64,000 bases of DNA from Paecilomyces variotii (Eukaryota), in NCBI GenBank assembly GCA_004022145.1, contig RCNU01000003.1; one strand, 5' to 3'. Of this stretch, positions 49,429-62,249 are shown piece by piece (the first letter of the stretch is position 1; each line of letters begins with the position of its first letter). The notes under the pieces are model-generated. The model saw only the letters and a list, made by a program, of their open reading frames with translations. It searched no databases and was not told the origin of the DNA. A program made the translations under genes and the position numbers.

Positions 49429-52117
49429 ATGGCCGAAGTTCCGGTCAAGAGCAGTCTTCCAAGAAAGAGCGCTTTCTCCTGCGAGGCTTGTCGCAAACGC
49501 AAGGTGGTTCCTCTCGGCTGGATTCCGAAGTGATCGGATGCCTGATGGCTGATCTCATCCCTACAGGTGAAATGTAACGGAGCGAGTCCTTCCTGTTCGC
49601 GATGCGCTGCTCGCGGAGAAGTCTGCGTTTACAGCTTGTAAGTATATCTCCAAGATGCGCGGCCTGTCAAGTTATGGTGTTTCCAGTTACTGATCAGATT
49701 CTGCAGAGCTCCAACCTTATCGTATACCAAGACGCTGGAGGCGCGGGTCGCTCAGCTCGAAGATGCGCTCGCGAAACTACAAGGTCCGCAGTCTCAGTAC
49801 GGCGAGAAAGCCAAGGATAGCCCTCAAGGCTCGACAGGAGAATACTGCAGTAGTCCCGGTCAGCAATCCGAGCACGACGAGCGCGGGAGTCAACAGGATC
49901 TGTCAGGAGACTTTGAAGGGCTGAAAGTTGAGGATGATGGCCGGATATCCTTCCATGGTCCAACAAGTCTTTTCCAATTGCCCAGCGGTGTGGTCAACGA
50001 AACCTCAGCGACTACTCACCTTGCACTCGAGTTGGAAGCGCGGAAAGAAAGATTAATTAATAATGCCTGGCGTGAACGAGCATTTGAGCAGCTGGCTGCG
50101 ATTCCGGTAGGCTGGACTCGTTCTCGTTAGTGTGCGGTATGATGCCTGACACTCCTCGAAGGAACCATTCCAATATCTTCTCGATTCCCACTGGTGCTGG
50201 ATTCAGCCTCTTTTCAATTTCGTCTATCGACCCGCCTTCACCCGTGAGTATCCCAACCTCAATTGGCATCTACCCGGCCCCTACGTCTAACACATTATCA
50301 GGTGACATGAAGATTAATGGCCCCTACTACTCCGATATACTATTGAACGCCATACTGTCCCATTCCGTACGATGGTGCAAACTGGAACCCAAGATCGGTC
50401 CGCTATTAGCAGCCTTCGACGGAGGAGCTGAGTTCTTTCATCGTTCCGTCACCGGTCTTTATGACACTCTGAAATCGGGCTATGTGAAGATACCTACTAT
50501 CCAGACCCTCTTGCTTCTGAGCGCACAAGAATGCGGCCGAGGCAACAGAACACAGGCATGGCTGTATAGCGGCATGGCGTTTAGACTGGTCGACGACTTG
50601 GGAATCTCGATAGACAGCCAAAAGTATTCAGGCTCAGCTCATTTCAGTGACGAGGATATCGAGATCCGGAACCGGCTTTTCTGGAGTTGCTATTTCTGGG
50701 ATAAGCTTGTCTCATTATACTTTGGACGGTCCCCAGTGATGCAATACTCGCGTGTCAGCCCACCCAGAATGATATGTGGGTGTCCATATTTCCGGTTTTA
50801 AAAGCCTTCTATGCTGACAGTGGAGTGTAGTGGACGATACGTCTGAGATTGAAGTATGGACTCCGCACGGAGTTGTCTTCCCTGAAGGAATGCAGTACCC
50901 GCCAGCACAAGCTCACTCAACCTCATGCTTTATGAGGATGTGTGGACTCGCTGAAATCCTGAATCAAATAATAATACATATTTATGACCCTGTCCGAAAG
51001 AGTACAGAAACTGAATTCTATGCTTGTGTTCAACAGCAGGGGAAGAACCTTAAAGAGTGGTGGGAGGAGCTTCCAGACTTTCTGAAACTGGTGGCCACCG
51101 ACCTTCCGCTTTACTGCCCACCCAGTCATATTGTCACTCTAAAGTATAGCCCTCCTTTGGAAATTGGTAGCTGCCGGGATTGTGAAGCTGACATGACTTA
51201 AAAATGCAGCTGCCTATATCATACGATTAATATCCTCCTCCATCGCCCGATCCTTTGTTCAGGGCCGCTGGCCATGAAACACGAAGCTGCCGATATGGAC
51301 CATCTAGTTCAGTGCATGTCATCCGCGACTACCATCCTTTCTCTCTTCGATCTTTACCGTCGGACTTTCGGTGACGGCCACGTTGTTCTTTCTCTTGCGT
51401 ACAGCGTCTACACAGCAGCCTCGATATTCTTGCTAGAGATACAGGCACTGAAACTCGCTGCGCCCGGCACTCTCGATAAACTCAAGTACTGTATCATAGC
51501 TCTAGAGCGCGTGAAGGTTTCAAATCCTGGTGAGTATTTATCATGTATTGGTCGATACAGAAATTCGTGCCGCTTTGGTATCTGCTTCTCTAGCCTCAAA
51601 AGCGATAACTGACGGTGATATACGAGCAGTTATCACTACGGCGATTGGCTTGATCTATCAGGAGCTGCAAAAGCTGCAGATCGATATCCACGTCACAGTG
51701 CCAATGCCGCAGTCAGAAACGCAACGCCGAACCACCTCTCCTGGTCATCTCCAGGGACAACATTCAGGACATGCCAGTCGCCAGGTATCTCCCTCTCAAG
51801 CCGCAGTTGGCCCTCTTCCGCCGATTTCTCCACCTCAGATCTCTCCGGACCCTACGACCATGATGCCAGGGTACTCATTCCAGCAACCTCTGGCAGACCC
51901 TGAACTGTCCCAAACAACAGTACCATCCATAGAGACATTCAACCCAATGACCACTCACCACGTCGGGGGTTTCCCGGGTGCTGCTATCAACACAGACGGC
52001 GCAGGCACATACGGGATTACTCCAGAGGTCTTTGAGGCCTTTTCCTACGTAGAGCCAATTGCAACCAACATGACACCCGCATACGATTCTGGCTGGGGTA
52101 TGGGAGGGCAGCCATGA
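49429..52117 (+). CDS. Zn(II)2Cys6 transcription factor with Fungal_trans domain
   Basis: CEACRKRK/VKCNGASPSCSRCAARGEVC split by intron 49504-49566; middle homology region PTIQTLLLLS...AWLYSGMAFRLVDDLG...RNRLFWSCYFWDKLVSLYFGR; several further introns. Confidence 0.92.
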
Positions 52118-52546
52118 AATTATTCTTTTCACTCTTTCTATTTTGATCGTTTACCATGATTCCCCCAAATGTTTGTCCATCAATCATAAAAAAAGTATAT
52201 GGCGATGTGAGCGACGTGCTTACTTTTTCTGCTTGTTTCTACTAGCGCTGACTCTGATACTGTACTGCACTCGTTTATCATTTGACAAGATGTTTATATA
52301 GGCAGAAATTCCGCAAGCGCTGCAAGATCTGCTACAGGGTTGAAATATTATTTAATAGACATGCTTTTGTTATATGTATCGCGGGCGCTCCAAGTCGTAT
52401 GGTTTTTCTTCTCTTTTCTTTTTCCCTTCTTTATTGAGGGAACTTTCACACAAAATATGTTGTGCTTTATGCAGAAAAGAAGGGGTATAGTATAATTAGG
52501 GGCGATTTCAGATCCGAACGACATTTCATCCAAGAGACCAAGTATT

Positions 52547-54288
52547 TCAAACAGGCACATCATTCAAAGCAGGCTGTTTCGTATCCTCTTCCCTCGTCCC
52601 GCTTCGGAAGGAGGCGGTTTGACTCTGTGAAGACTCATCTAGAGTCTTTATACTGGCGCGCCAGCGCAAATACCACGGCCCATCAAACAGCTCACCCATC
52701 CGTTCCATGGGCACGCCCTTAGTCTCGGGGGCCCAGATACCAAGGATAATAATACCCAGGAAACAGATAATGGCCCAGAACAGATATGCGCCCCAGACAT
52801 GTAGCGAGACGAACATGTTAGGCGTGACGCGCACGACGGCAAATTGAAAGAACCAATGCAGCGCCATGCTGATGGCATAACTGACATTGCGGATCCGAGT
52901 CGGGAAGACCTCTGTGCCATAGAGGTAGGGGATCGTACAGAGACCGATGGACCAGCCAACAGCGTAGACGAAAACGGACGCGATGGCGGCGTCCGAGGCG
53001 GATTTGTTGTTCGATGATCCCGGTATACCCATGTAGGCGCCCATATAGATATGTGCTGCGAGCTGGAGGGTGAGACCGCAGAGGAAACAGCGACGACGAC
53101 CGAGAAGGTCGATCAGGCCCCAGGTGAAAGCCATGGTGAAGACGAGCTTGACGATACCGTAAGCGCCCGATGAAATGAGCGATTGCTCCGATCCGGACAC
53201 TCCTGCGTATTCGAAGATCTGTGGGACGTAATACGTGATTCCATTTCCGCCGGTCCATTGCGCGATCGTCTGCATTGTCATGACGAGCCAGAATCGCTGG
53301 CGGTAGTTCGACGATGATTGGGTTTCCAGGAAAAGCTGCCACGTCGAGGCACCGGCGAGGTCGGCTGCGCGAGCGCGGATTTGCGTCTCGATCTCGGCGA
53401 GTTCTGCATCGATGGACGGATCGGAAGTTGTAGTGCCTCGTAGACGGGCGAGTGCTTCGCGCGCTTCCTGGTGTCGTCCTTTCGAGGCAAGGTAGCGTGG
53501 GGTTTCGGTCAGGAAGAAGGATGCGATGAAGCAGAAACCCACGGGAATGAGGGGGATAGCTTGGACGAGACGGTACTGTGTGCGAGTGGGCGCCATGTGC
53601 TTTTCGGCGGCATAGTTGATGAAGAAGCCTGAGGGGAAACGCAATGTCAATTCAATGTTTCTCTATAGGACTTGGGACTGTATGCGATCTATTACGTACC
53701 CAATGCAAGAATCGCCAACAGCATGACCATGGTCATACTCACGGCCACACCTCTCGTCCTTGCCGGTGAGACTTCCGATAGATATATGGGTGCGACGACG
53801 GTGAGCGCACCGGCGCCCAGACCTGACCAGATGCGCGCGAACAGAATGAGTCCATATATACCAGACGAAAAGATCTGGACGAAGAGACCGGTGGCCCAGA
53901 CAATGACGCCCAGCTGCCAGGTGCGCAGACGGCCCAAACGATCGGTCAGATTCAGAGTGAGGAGACACCCAAAGGCGGCACCCAACACCATGAAGGAAGT
54001 GATATTTGCTTTGCGGTTGGCGAGTCCTGTCGGGTCGTGTGTCCAGTGCGATTTGACCAGGTTGTAGTCCTTCACGAAGGATTCCAGACTGACGCTGGCG
54101 CTGAAGCCTCCTTCATCGTAACCTGATGAGGAAGAATCAACGGGTTAGTATGAGGTCCTTATGTTGAAATCAGGCAAGATCATGGCAATACCTTTTGGCA
54201 TGCACCCGCAGGCGATAATAACGACGACTGCCGCATAGTATAGATTGGTGGTCCATCTGGACTTGTCCGCGAAGACCTCCAAACCCAT
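52547..54288 (-). CDS. MFS sugar-porter family transporter (quinate permease-like)
   Basis: KG/YDEGG, TDRLGR, YLSEVSPARTRG, ETPRYL, AQWTGGNGITYY, IDLLGRR, EVFPTRIR, PETKG. Two introns. Confidence 0.92.
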
Positions 54289-55476
54289 CGTCGCTGGATG
54301 GATATATGGACTTAGCGACTAACTGCGGTCCCGGTCCTATTGTCGAAACAGCACATGAGGGATTGTAAAAAAAAAAAAAAGTAAAGGCAGGAGACGAGGG
54401 AGCACAACGGTATTATCAATTGAACAAGGATCCTTGTCACTAGATCAATGTCTGACCACAAGAACGAGATAGCAGAGCTTCCACCCCCTCGTCGTCCTCC
54501 AACTTTAACGGCATCTAGCTTCTCTCCCCCGGGAACTTTCCCCATCCCATCCCTCCAGATTGGCGGCCCCATGCTGGGTCGAGGCAGCGGATAAGGGATA
54601 AAGACGAGAACCATTTATGGCTCCACTGCAGCGACCCATCCAGCATTGCTAAAGCGACCGAACGTGGTTCGGGTGGCGGATGTAGTTCGATGGATCGCGC
54701 CGCTGTTGCTCGTCGCCGCTAGAGATCGCCGAAGGCCAGAGGGCGATTGTGTGCAGCTCTAGGCTCGGTCAACTTCCGTGAGCAAAACATTTCAAGGTAG
54801 AACAATGTCGGCATCTCCCGCAGAGGCCCGTGACATTGAATCGACGGTCGACGGTTGTATTACTCGAATTGGCAACATCTTGACTCCTCTTCTCCAGGTA
54901 AGAATAGTAGATCTGAGATTGCGGCCACCTTACTCGGCGATGATGTTAAGTTATGCCTGTCCGCGTGGTTCTCGGGAGAGCAAAACCTGTCCTTCCATTT
55001 ATCTTGCAAGTGCCGAAGCCCGGCATCTAACGTACTGTAACTCTTCCAGGTCCTCCTGACAGAACAGCATTCTTATATCAGTTAAGGCTCTCTGATATCG
55101 AGGTCTTCCCGGTCAACGTCCGCACCGGTAATGTTTGTGGGAATTTGTTTTTTGATTTTTTTTTTTTTTTGGACGACCGTTCGTTGTCGGTGGGTCTTTC
55201 AACAAATATCTTAACGTACTTCGGACTGTGGCCGTAGTCGAGATTTCAAGGAATTCTCATATATTATACCGCTCCTTATGTGGACGTGTCTTCCGCTGAG
55301 GCCAGTATTGGCCGGCTGTTCTGCGTTTTCAGTCCCTCCAGTGAGTTGTGCCTGATCGAGCGTTATTGTATGGAACCGATTTCACTGCCAGGGGTACGGC
55401 CAATGCCGGTGAATAGTCACCTATCTCCCTTGATCGTCTTTTCCTTGCTCTTTGCTCTATAACCTAGTTCGCAATA

Positions 55477-56544
55477 ATGATGGATATAACGCCTCTGCTC
55501 ACACCGCTGAAGGTCCGGATCCGGGTGTTACAACGACTGCCTTTGGTGAGATCTGCTATCGCGAACAAACGAGGACGATCATATTCGACGGATACTCCAG
55601 CTAGTCCTGGAAGGGAAGGGAAAGAGAAAGAGAAACGAGGGCGTGAAAGAAATGGAACATCTGAGTTATCACTGGCGCAAAGGATTCCTTCCGGGTCATG
55701 GGATAGCCATATGCATGTGGTCGAGCCTCAACGGTATCCCATCTCTTCTAATGCGGTCTATACGCCGTCACCGCATACCTTGCCTGAGGCTCGAACATTT
55801 TACGCCACTCTGGGCATTGAGAATTTGGTTCTTGTCCAGCCATCGATCTACGGATTCGATAACTCATGCTTGCTGGACGCCTTGAAGGAAGTCGGTCCTT
55901 CACACGGCCGTGGCGTGGTTGTCATTGACCCTGAAACGACGAAACCGGAGACCCTAGCGGAATGGCATCAACTCGGTGTTCGTGGCGTGCGATTGAACCT
56001 CAAGTCTGTTGGCAAGGTCATGACAGGGGAGGAGCTCTCGAGAACTTTGGAGAGACACGCTGCCCTGATCCGTCCATTAGGTTGGATGGTCCAGCTCTAC
56101 GTTTCCATGGATATGGTCTCTGCCATTGAGCACATTGTTCCCACTCTGGGCGTAAAAGTCTGTGTCGACCATTTTGGTGCTCCTGCTTTCCCATCGGACA
56201 TCGATTATGATTCCTTCGATCCGTACTCCCTGCCCGGTTTCTCATCCCTCGTATCCCTCCTTCAGACAGGCCAGACGTACGTCAAACTATCCGCCCCGTA
56301 CCGTTTCTCACGCGATCCGCAAATGCGAGATATCGGTATACTCGCGAGGGAGTTGTTGCGTGTTGCTCCCACTCGTGTCGTATATTCCACAGACTGGCCG
56401 CATACGCGCTTCAACATGTACGATATCCGGCCATTCACTGAAATGTGTCTAGAGTGGTGCGCCAAAGAGCCGGGTCTTGCAGAGCGGCTATTCAGGATCA
56501 ATGCGGAAGAGCTGTGGGGCGTCGATGGACAGAGAAACGAGTGA
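55477..56544 (+). CDS. Amidohydrolase_2 TIM-barrel enzyme (LigI/sugar-acid lactonase-like)
   Basis: WDSHMHV, VLVQPSIYGFDNSCLLDAL, VRGVRLN, VDHFG, YVKLSAPYR, DWPHT. Intronless; basic N-terminal extension. Confidence 0.88.
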   Translation: MMDITPLLTPLKVRIRVLQRLPLVRSAIANKRGRSYSTDTPASPGREGKEKEKRGRERNGTSELSLAQRIPSGSWDSHMHVVEPQRYPISSNAVYTPSPHTLPEARTFYATLGIENLVLVQPSIYGFDNSCLLDALKEVGPSHGRGVVVIDPETTKPETLAEWHQLGVRGVRLNLKSVGKVMTGEELSRTLERHAALIRPLGWMVQLYVSMDMVSAIEHIVPTLGVKVCVDHFGAPAFPSDIDYDSFDPYSLPGFSSLVSLLQTGQTYVKLSAPYRFSRDPQMRDIGILARELLRVAPTRVVYSTDWPHTRFNMYDIRPFTEMCLEWCAKEPGLAERLFRINAEELWGVDGQRNE

Positions 56545-57111
56545 AGTAGTCGGTGTTTTCGGTTTTTTTATATGACTCTTCTCTTTTCTTTTGTATATCT
56601 GCATATTGCATATTCGGGCGGCATGAGTGATGATTCAGCGTTATACAGAACTGCATCTTGAGACGCATACGCCTTTTAGCATCATTGTATATAGACCGTG
56701 TTGAACGAATTATGAACCATAGAAATGGTATATCTATTTGGTTGCTTGATTTCTCTTTGACGTGGCTCTCAAGGTCTATATTATATGTTCTTGCATCGTG
56801 AGATATGAGCATCGAAGTCCATTCAAAGAAAATGGACCAGTGAGTCTTTCGTAAGTCCGCAACGACATTCATCGTTTCCATAACGAGTTTCATTTTGACT
56901 TGGTTCCATTCGAGACCATGGAAGACAAGGACGCAGAGGTTGTGGTCGAGCTGTGGTTCGAGAACGTAATGTTAGAAAATCTAAATATATATATTTATGA
57001 CAATTTAGGTGCGGTCATACTATAAACAGGGAAAAAAAAAAAAAATGCAAGACTTACAAGATGAAAATTCTGATGTCGGGTATAAAAGCCAATATTTGAC
57101 ATTTTAAAATA

Positions 57112-60100
57112 TCAGACATCACCTTTAGCTGGTGACGTCGTGGGAAGCGTATCCTGCGTATTCTGGATCAGATGGAGAAAACTGTGATGATGGCGGTGGT
57201 AGCCTTGAAGGGAATTGGACTGGATTATACGAACCCCATCTGATGAAGACTTTAAGTTACTTTGTGTAAAAGTAGCACCCGCTGTCTTCAACGCCTCTGC
57301 AGCGTCAAAATGATCGAGCGAATAGGCCGCTTCGAGCGCGGTACCACAAAAGCCTCCTTTGATATGCACGTCTGCTCCGTGGTTTAGCAATTCGTGGATG
57401 ATCTCGACATGCCCGCCCCTTGCAGCAGCCTGAAGAGCTGTACGGTAGTATCCTCCTGTCGAGTTGACATCTGCACCTCTTTCCAAGAGCCTTTTAACCA
57501 GTGACATGTGCCCATATCGTGCGGCGGCTTGCAAGGGAGTTCCAAATTGACCCGCAACGATGTTAACATCAGCGCCCATTTCTATCAGTTTCATAGCGGC
57601 TTCTGGCCATCCTCTAGCGGCGGCCGCCTGGAGAGCGCAGCCATAATATCCTCCAGAAGCATTGATATCCGCGCCCTTTTCGAGGAGGTGATGGAATATT
57701 ATCTCTCGACGATTGACGCACGCGCTTTGTAAAGCTGTATCAAAGTGTCCTCCGCGAAGGTTGACGTCAGCACCGTGGTCAAGGACGACGAGCACGGTCT
57801 CTTCGTATCCTTGGAAAGCCGCAGCCGCGAGTACTGAGCCATGCATACCTCCGATGGCGTTGATATCGGCCCCTGCCTGTAGAAGGCTACGTACTGTGCG
57901 GGATAGACCTAGCTCAGCGGCATAATGTAGTGTAGTGCCCAATCCAACTTCGCCATCTTCCTTTCGATATAACTTTCGATACAAACTTAGCCAGTGGTGA
58001 AAGGCTTGGGATTTTGTATCAAGGAGACCGTAGACTAATGGTTCAATAAGTTGATAGCTCTCTGTAGGGATGAAACGGACATGAGTAAACCATTCAAGTA
58101 CGGCATAGTGGAGCAATTTCCAGGGGAACTCCACGTCACCAGATACCGAACCGTAGGAATTATGAGCGGGTGATCCATCAAATGATAAGAGATAAGTGAG
58201 ACAGCGTTCGGCAATAGCTAAATGCGCGCGACCTTCTTCCAACGCAAAATATCTCGCAGGGCCTTTGCTGATCCTGTCTGATACCAAATATTCTCGAACA
58301 GAGTAGTGTGCTAGTCGAGTCCAGCGGTCCCTGTTGTAACACGAAACCAGACTTGAACAGACAACCAAAACATCACTAGGATCAAACAGGCGATCGATCT
58401 CGACGAAGATGCTTGTTCCCGGTTTGATAGCAATAATCTCAGCTAGTTCCGCGAGCGTCACTGGACGCGTTGAGAATGTTAAGAATTGCAATGCTGTGAA
58501 CGCGATGGAACGAGATTCTTCCTCGATGCTGCATAATATTCTGCCATATGTCTCATCAAGGTCTTTAGGCAAAGACTGAAGGGCTTTGTGTACAGCTGAT
58601 GGGCTGAGACAAGTTCTCAGAATATCTAACTGGCAAGCAGCCCACCGGAACCTGCCAAAGAATCTGTCAGTGACTGGCACTCAAGACCATGGAATCAAAG
58701 ACTTACATCCCGTTAGCACCTTGTACTAGCGCTCGTCGAATCTCCTCCTTTAGAAGAGTCGGGCGTCTCTTCAGCTTTGGATCGGACGCGAGAACATTAT
58801 TGACCAGCGTTTGAATGTCAGAACTGACTTCGGGGTTATCCAGAGATACAGATAAATCAGTTAAAGACGTTAACTGATCCTCTATCAGCCTCTCTCTGCG
58901 ACTTGTGACAAATAGATTTGCTACCCATTCATGACTCCCTCTGAGCGTTGACATCAAATCGATCATGTCATCTTGCTCGCAACACTCATCCAGGGCATCT
59001 ACAATGATATACGTCTTCTTTAACCTGCCGATAAGCTCATAGAGGGCAGTTGCGAGCTTCTCTGTGGTGGGTTCTTCTGCTTGTTTAGTAGCACTGTCAA
59101 ACAACCTTTTGACCTCCGTCGGAATAGTTTCGACTTGACGTGAAAGCTGAGCCAGAGCCGATCTGAGGAAGCAGTCTACAGTCTGCCTTTGTCTGTCGTT
59201 GAAGTCAAAGTAGTAATATACATATGCAGATTCGGATCCGGTTTGGGTCTTGCAAAGTGATTGAACATAATCAATAACAGTCGAACAGAGAACTGCGATA
59301 GTCAGTGAGTGATTCAGAAAACGATTGTAACTGACAACATACCTGTCTTCCCGGAGCCAGGGATCCCATGTAGCCATGCCAATTTCGATTTTCCACCGAT
59401 CCAGAGTTTGAAGCTGTCTGAGTTAATCAGCCAGTCTCCCGTAGTGGGCTCATGTTTGGCTCTAGCAGCGTTGTGGTTCTTGGACACGTCGGCTGGAGAC
59501 AACCAAGGTAGAATCCTATCCCGTTCATCAACTAGAAAAATCAGCGAAGATATTTTATCAAACCCGAGTCGCAGGATAACGAACAAGTCTGCTTTGACTG
59601 TAAGTCCTGGACGCTTTCGCGGATATATTTCGTGTCTTGTCGAATTTCCTTCGACATGAGACTTTACCATCGTCAGCTGTTCATGAATCTTCCTCGAAAT
59701 AGGAGAAAATATAATAACATATGTGCTACTATTGAGTGAACAGGCTCAAAACCCCCAAAGGCATTGTTGTCACGGACTAAGCCTCCCTTCCCCCAAGGAG
59801 CGCAGAACGGGAAATGAACAGTAAAACTTACAAATGATCCAACGCCAACGCCTCAGCTAAGAGACCGCGCACTTTTCTTGCCATATCCATCATCTCTTGA
59901 GACTCCTGCAATCTAAAGGGCCAGATGATCTTTCTCCCTATCTGACTCAGTCGGCTGGGAGACCCATCTTCCAGATTTGCTTCCAGCTTCCGTAGGAGAT
60001 TTCCCAATAACTGCAGAGGCTGATCTGCTATTACAATCTCCCGAAGTTTGTCGTTCCATTCTGAGTCAAGTGATGCGATATCCGATAGACTCGTAAGTAG

Positions 60101-60238
60101 CCCACGGGTAGCACTAATCTCGAGCGCCAGGGCTCGAGCTGTTGTGTTCTGGGAAGCTATAGCGGCAAGTAGCTGGATGATATTCTCGGATAATTGAAGG
60201 AGCGCAATGATACTTGCACTTATGCTCAGGGGATCCAT
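57112..60238 (-). CDS. Fungal NLR-like protein: HeLo-like N-terminus, NACHT, 7 ankyrin repeats
   Basis: MDPLSISASIIALLQLS N-terminus; Walker A HGIPGSGKT; Walker B YIIVDALDEC; FVTSR; GANGM/FRWAACQL; LPKDLDETYGRIL; RLAHYSVREYL; seven 33-aa GADVN-type repeats. Five exons splice in frame (first intron 59831-59662). Confidence 0.92.
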
Positions 60239-61024
60239 GATGAGTGCGTCGAGCTAGCAAGGATCTGATGCTTGACTAAAGCTGTGTGCGTTAAAGCGGT
60301 TGCATATATGCCAAGTAAACCGTCATCTGCAAACCACAAGACCCATGAAGGCTGATGCAAATATATTCAGATATATACGAATGCTCTGTGGATTGCTTAG
60401 AATGACGAAACTTGACGAGCAAGATAAGACTCATACGTGGCTCTCTTGCGGGGCAGGAGGGGTTGGGGGCTGACGATACGCTAAATCAAGCAACCATCTG
60501 ATTTAGAATAATTGCTGCCAGACGATACAGTTCGATTAAGGGAGAATGATAATCACAGGAGCACAGCTTATCCAAAGAACTGACAAGGGGAAACATGACA
60601 GAACTGGTATGTCTACCTCTTTTTATTGACCACGCTAGCTCCTACACAGAGCGAAGATATAGCTGACCTCAAGTAATCGTCGAAAACAAAGCTTAACTTC
60701 CTAAATATAGAATCGAGGGAAGGATCTACAAGCACATTCAAAGGGTCTCGATTATCGCGTACCTTCCTATCGAAATTGGGAACAGGAACACTTAGAAGTT
60801 TTTCATAATTAGAACCATATCTCCTATTTCCCGCTAGTCATGCCTAGACTTAACAGATAAAACCTTCAGGATATTGATCACGTTCAACAGACCCATCCCA
60901 TCAACTTTCCTTATTCCCATGCATGAATCTTGAAGCTCAGCATGGCGTGTGCCCGCGGCCCCAACACTCAAGGATGAAAATTGCGACGTAATAAAGAAAC
61001 ATAGTGTCATAGCCATCGAATCCG

Positions 61025-61499
61025 TTACATGTCATCAGGGTTCCCCCACTTTGGGAAGGACGTGCACACATTTTGCGGACCCTATATAGAAAATACGGTA
61101 TCAGTACTGTGTAATGTGATAATGATCCATCAGGAAAGAGTCAAGAGAGGCATGAACTTACAATTGAGTAGCAGCACAACAACGGCTTTCTACCGGGGCA
61201 GATCTTGTTTTCGGTAAGGGGGACCTGGAAACCTGTAAACCAGAACAGAGATGTGGTTAGCAACAAGTACGAGATCGCCTCGCTTTTCAGGTATTCTAGG
61301 AGAGAGACTCACAGTCGGCTCCTACGACTGATTCTGAGCCCTGCTTGTTGTTGGGACGGCTTGTGCTGTTACAGCACATGGGCTGCTGCGGAAGTCCAGA
61401 GCCATCTTGAGCGATATCGCAACTCCACTGGGCACCGTTGGCTGCGACAAGGGAGACAGAGCCCAGGAGAGTGGTAGTGAGGATGGTGAAGAGCTTCAT
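61025..61499 (-). CDS. Hydrophobin-like small secreted 8-Cys protein, 3 exons
   Basis: Signal peptide; spliced product ...WSCDIAQDGSGLPQQPMCCNSTSRPNNKQGSESVVGAD/CFQVPLTENKICPGRKPLLCCYSI/GPQNVCTSFPKWGNPDDM*; C-CC-C-C-CC-C pattern. Confidence 0.8.
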
Positions 61500-62249
61500 T
61501 TTGAGCTTTGTGTGACTGTGTAGTTTGGTGCGGATGCGTACTCCGTGGATTGCTTTAGCTCAGGGTTGATAGTGAGGAGCCACGAGATGTATACGACGCG
61601 CTTTGTTCCTAAGTAGCCGACACAACCAACAAATGGACAAGAAGATTTCAAGCCAAGATTTGAATGAAGTGGAATTAGACTTACAGAAAAAGCGTGTCTT
61701 TTAAGTCTTCAGGAATAATTGACCCCCTTGAAGGGATTGGCTGCACTGATGCTTGTTTCTCTATCCCTTGCCGCTGTGGTATTTGGATCCATGACGCGGT
61801 CGCGTTGAAGCCACTTACAGTTTATCAACACGTTCACGTTCATAACTGCTCACTGGAAATGGAATCTGGAATGTGAGGTGCGCGGGGTTATACTTCTGGA
61901 GATAAGGGCACGAGGAGAACTTGATGTTTTCCTACTTGATACATCTAGCGCAGAAGACGATGATATTTCACCCCCCTCTGGGCGGCTTTTGTTAATTACT
62001 GTATTTGCATCTCAGAAAGGCGACCAAGTGTGTAGATAAATAGATGCACTGTTTACTCGGTGATAGATGACAGAGCGGTCTGATTCATAAAGGGGGTATA
62101 TGAACTCATAGACGTCTATGAACTTAAGTGCAGTGATCGATCGTCATGAACAGCCACCGCAAGGCACGATGAGATTGTAGTAACGCAAGACTGTGCAACA
62201 TCATCAAATGAAGCTTATGTTCATTTACCAACAGTGTCCAGTCGACTTC

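Noticed and set aside
59314..59831. Frameshift in the NLR between the N-terminal domain and NACHT
   Set aside because: Resolved by introns (59831-59662 and a short GTTCGT...TAG intron), giving an in-frame LMSKEIRQDTKYIRESVQDLQSKQT linker.
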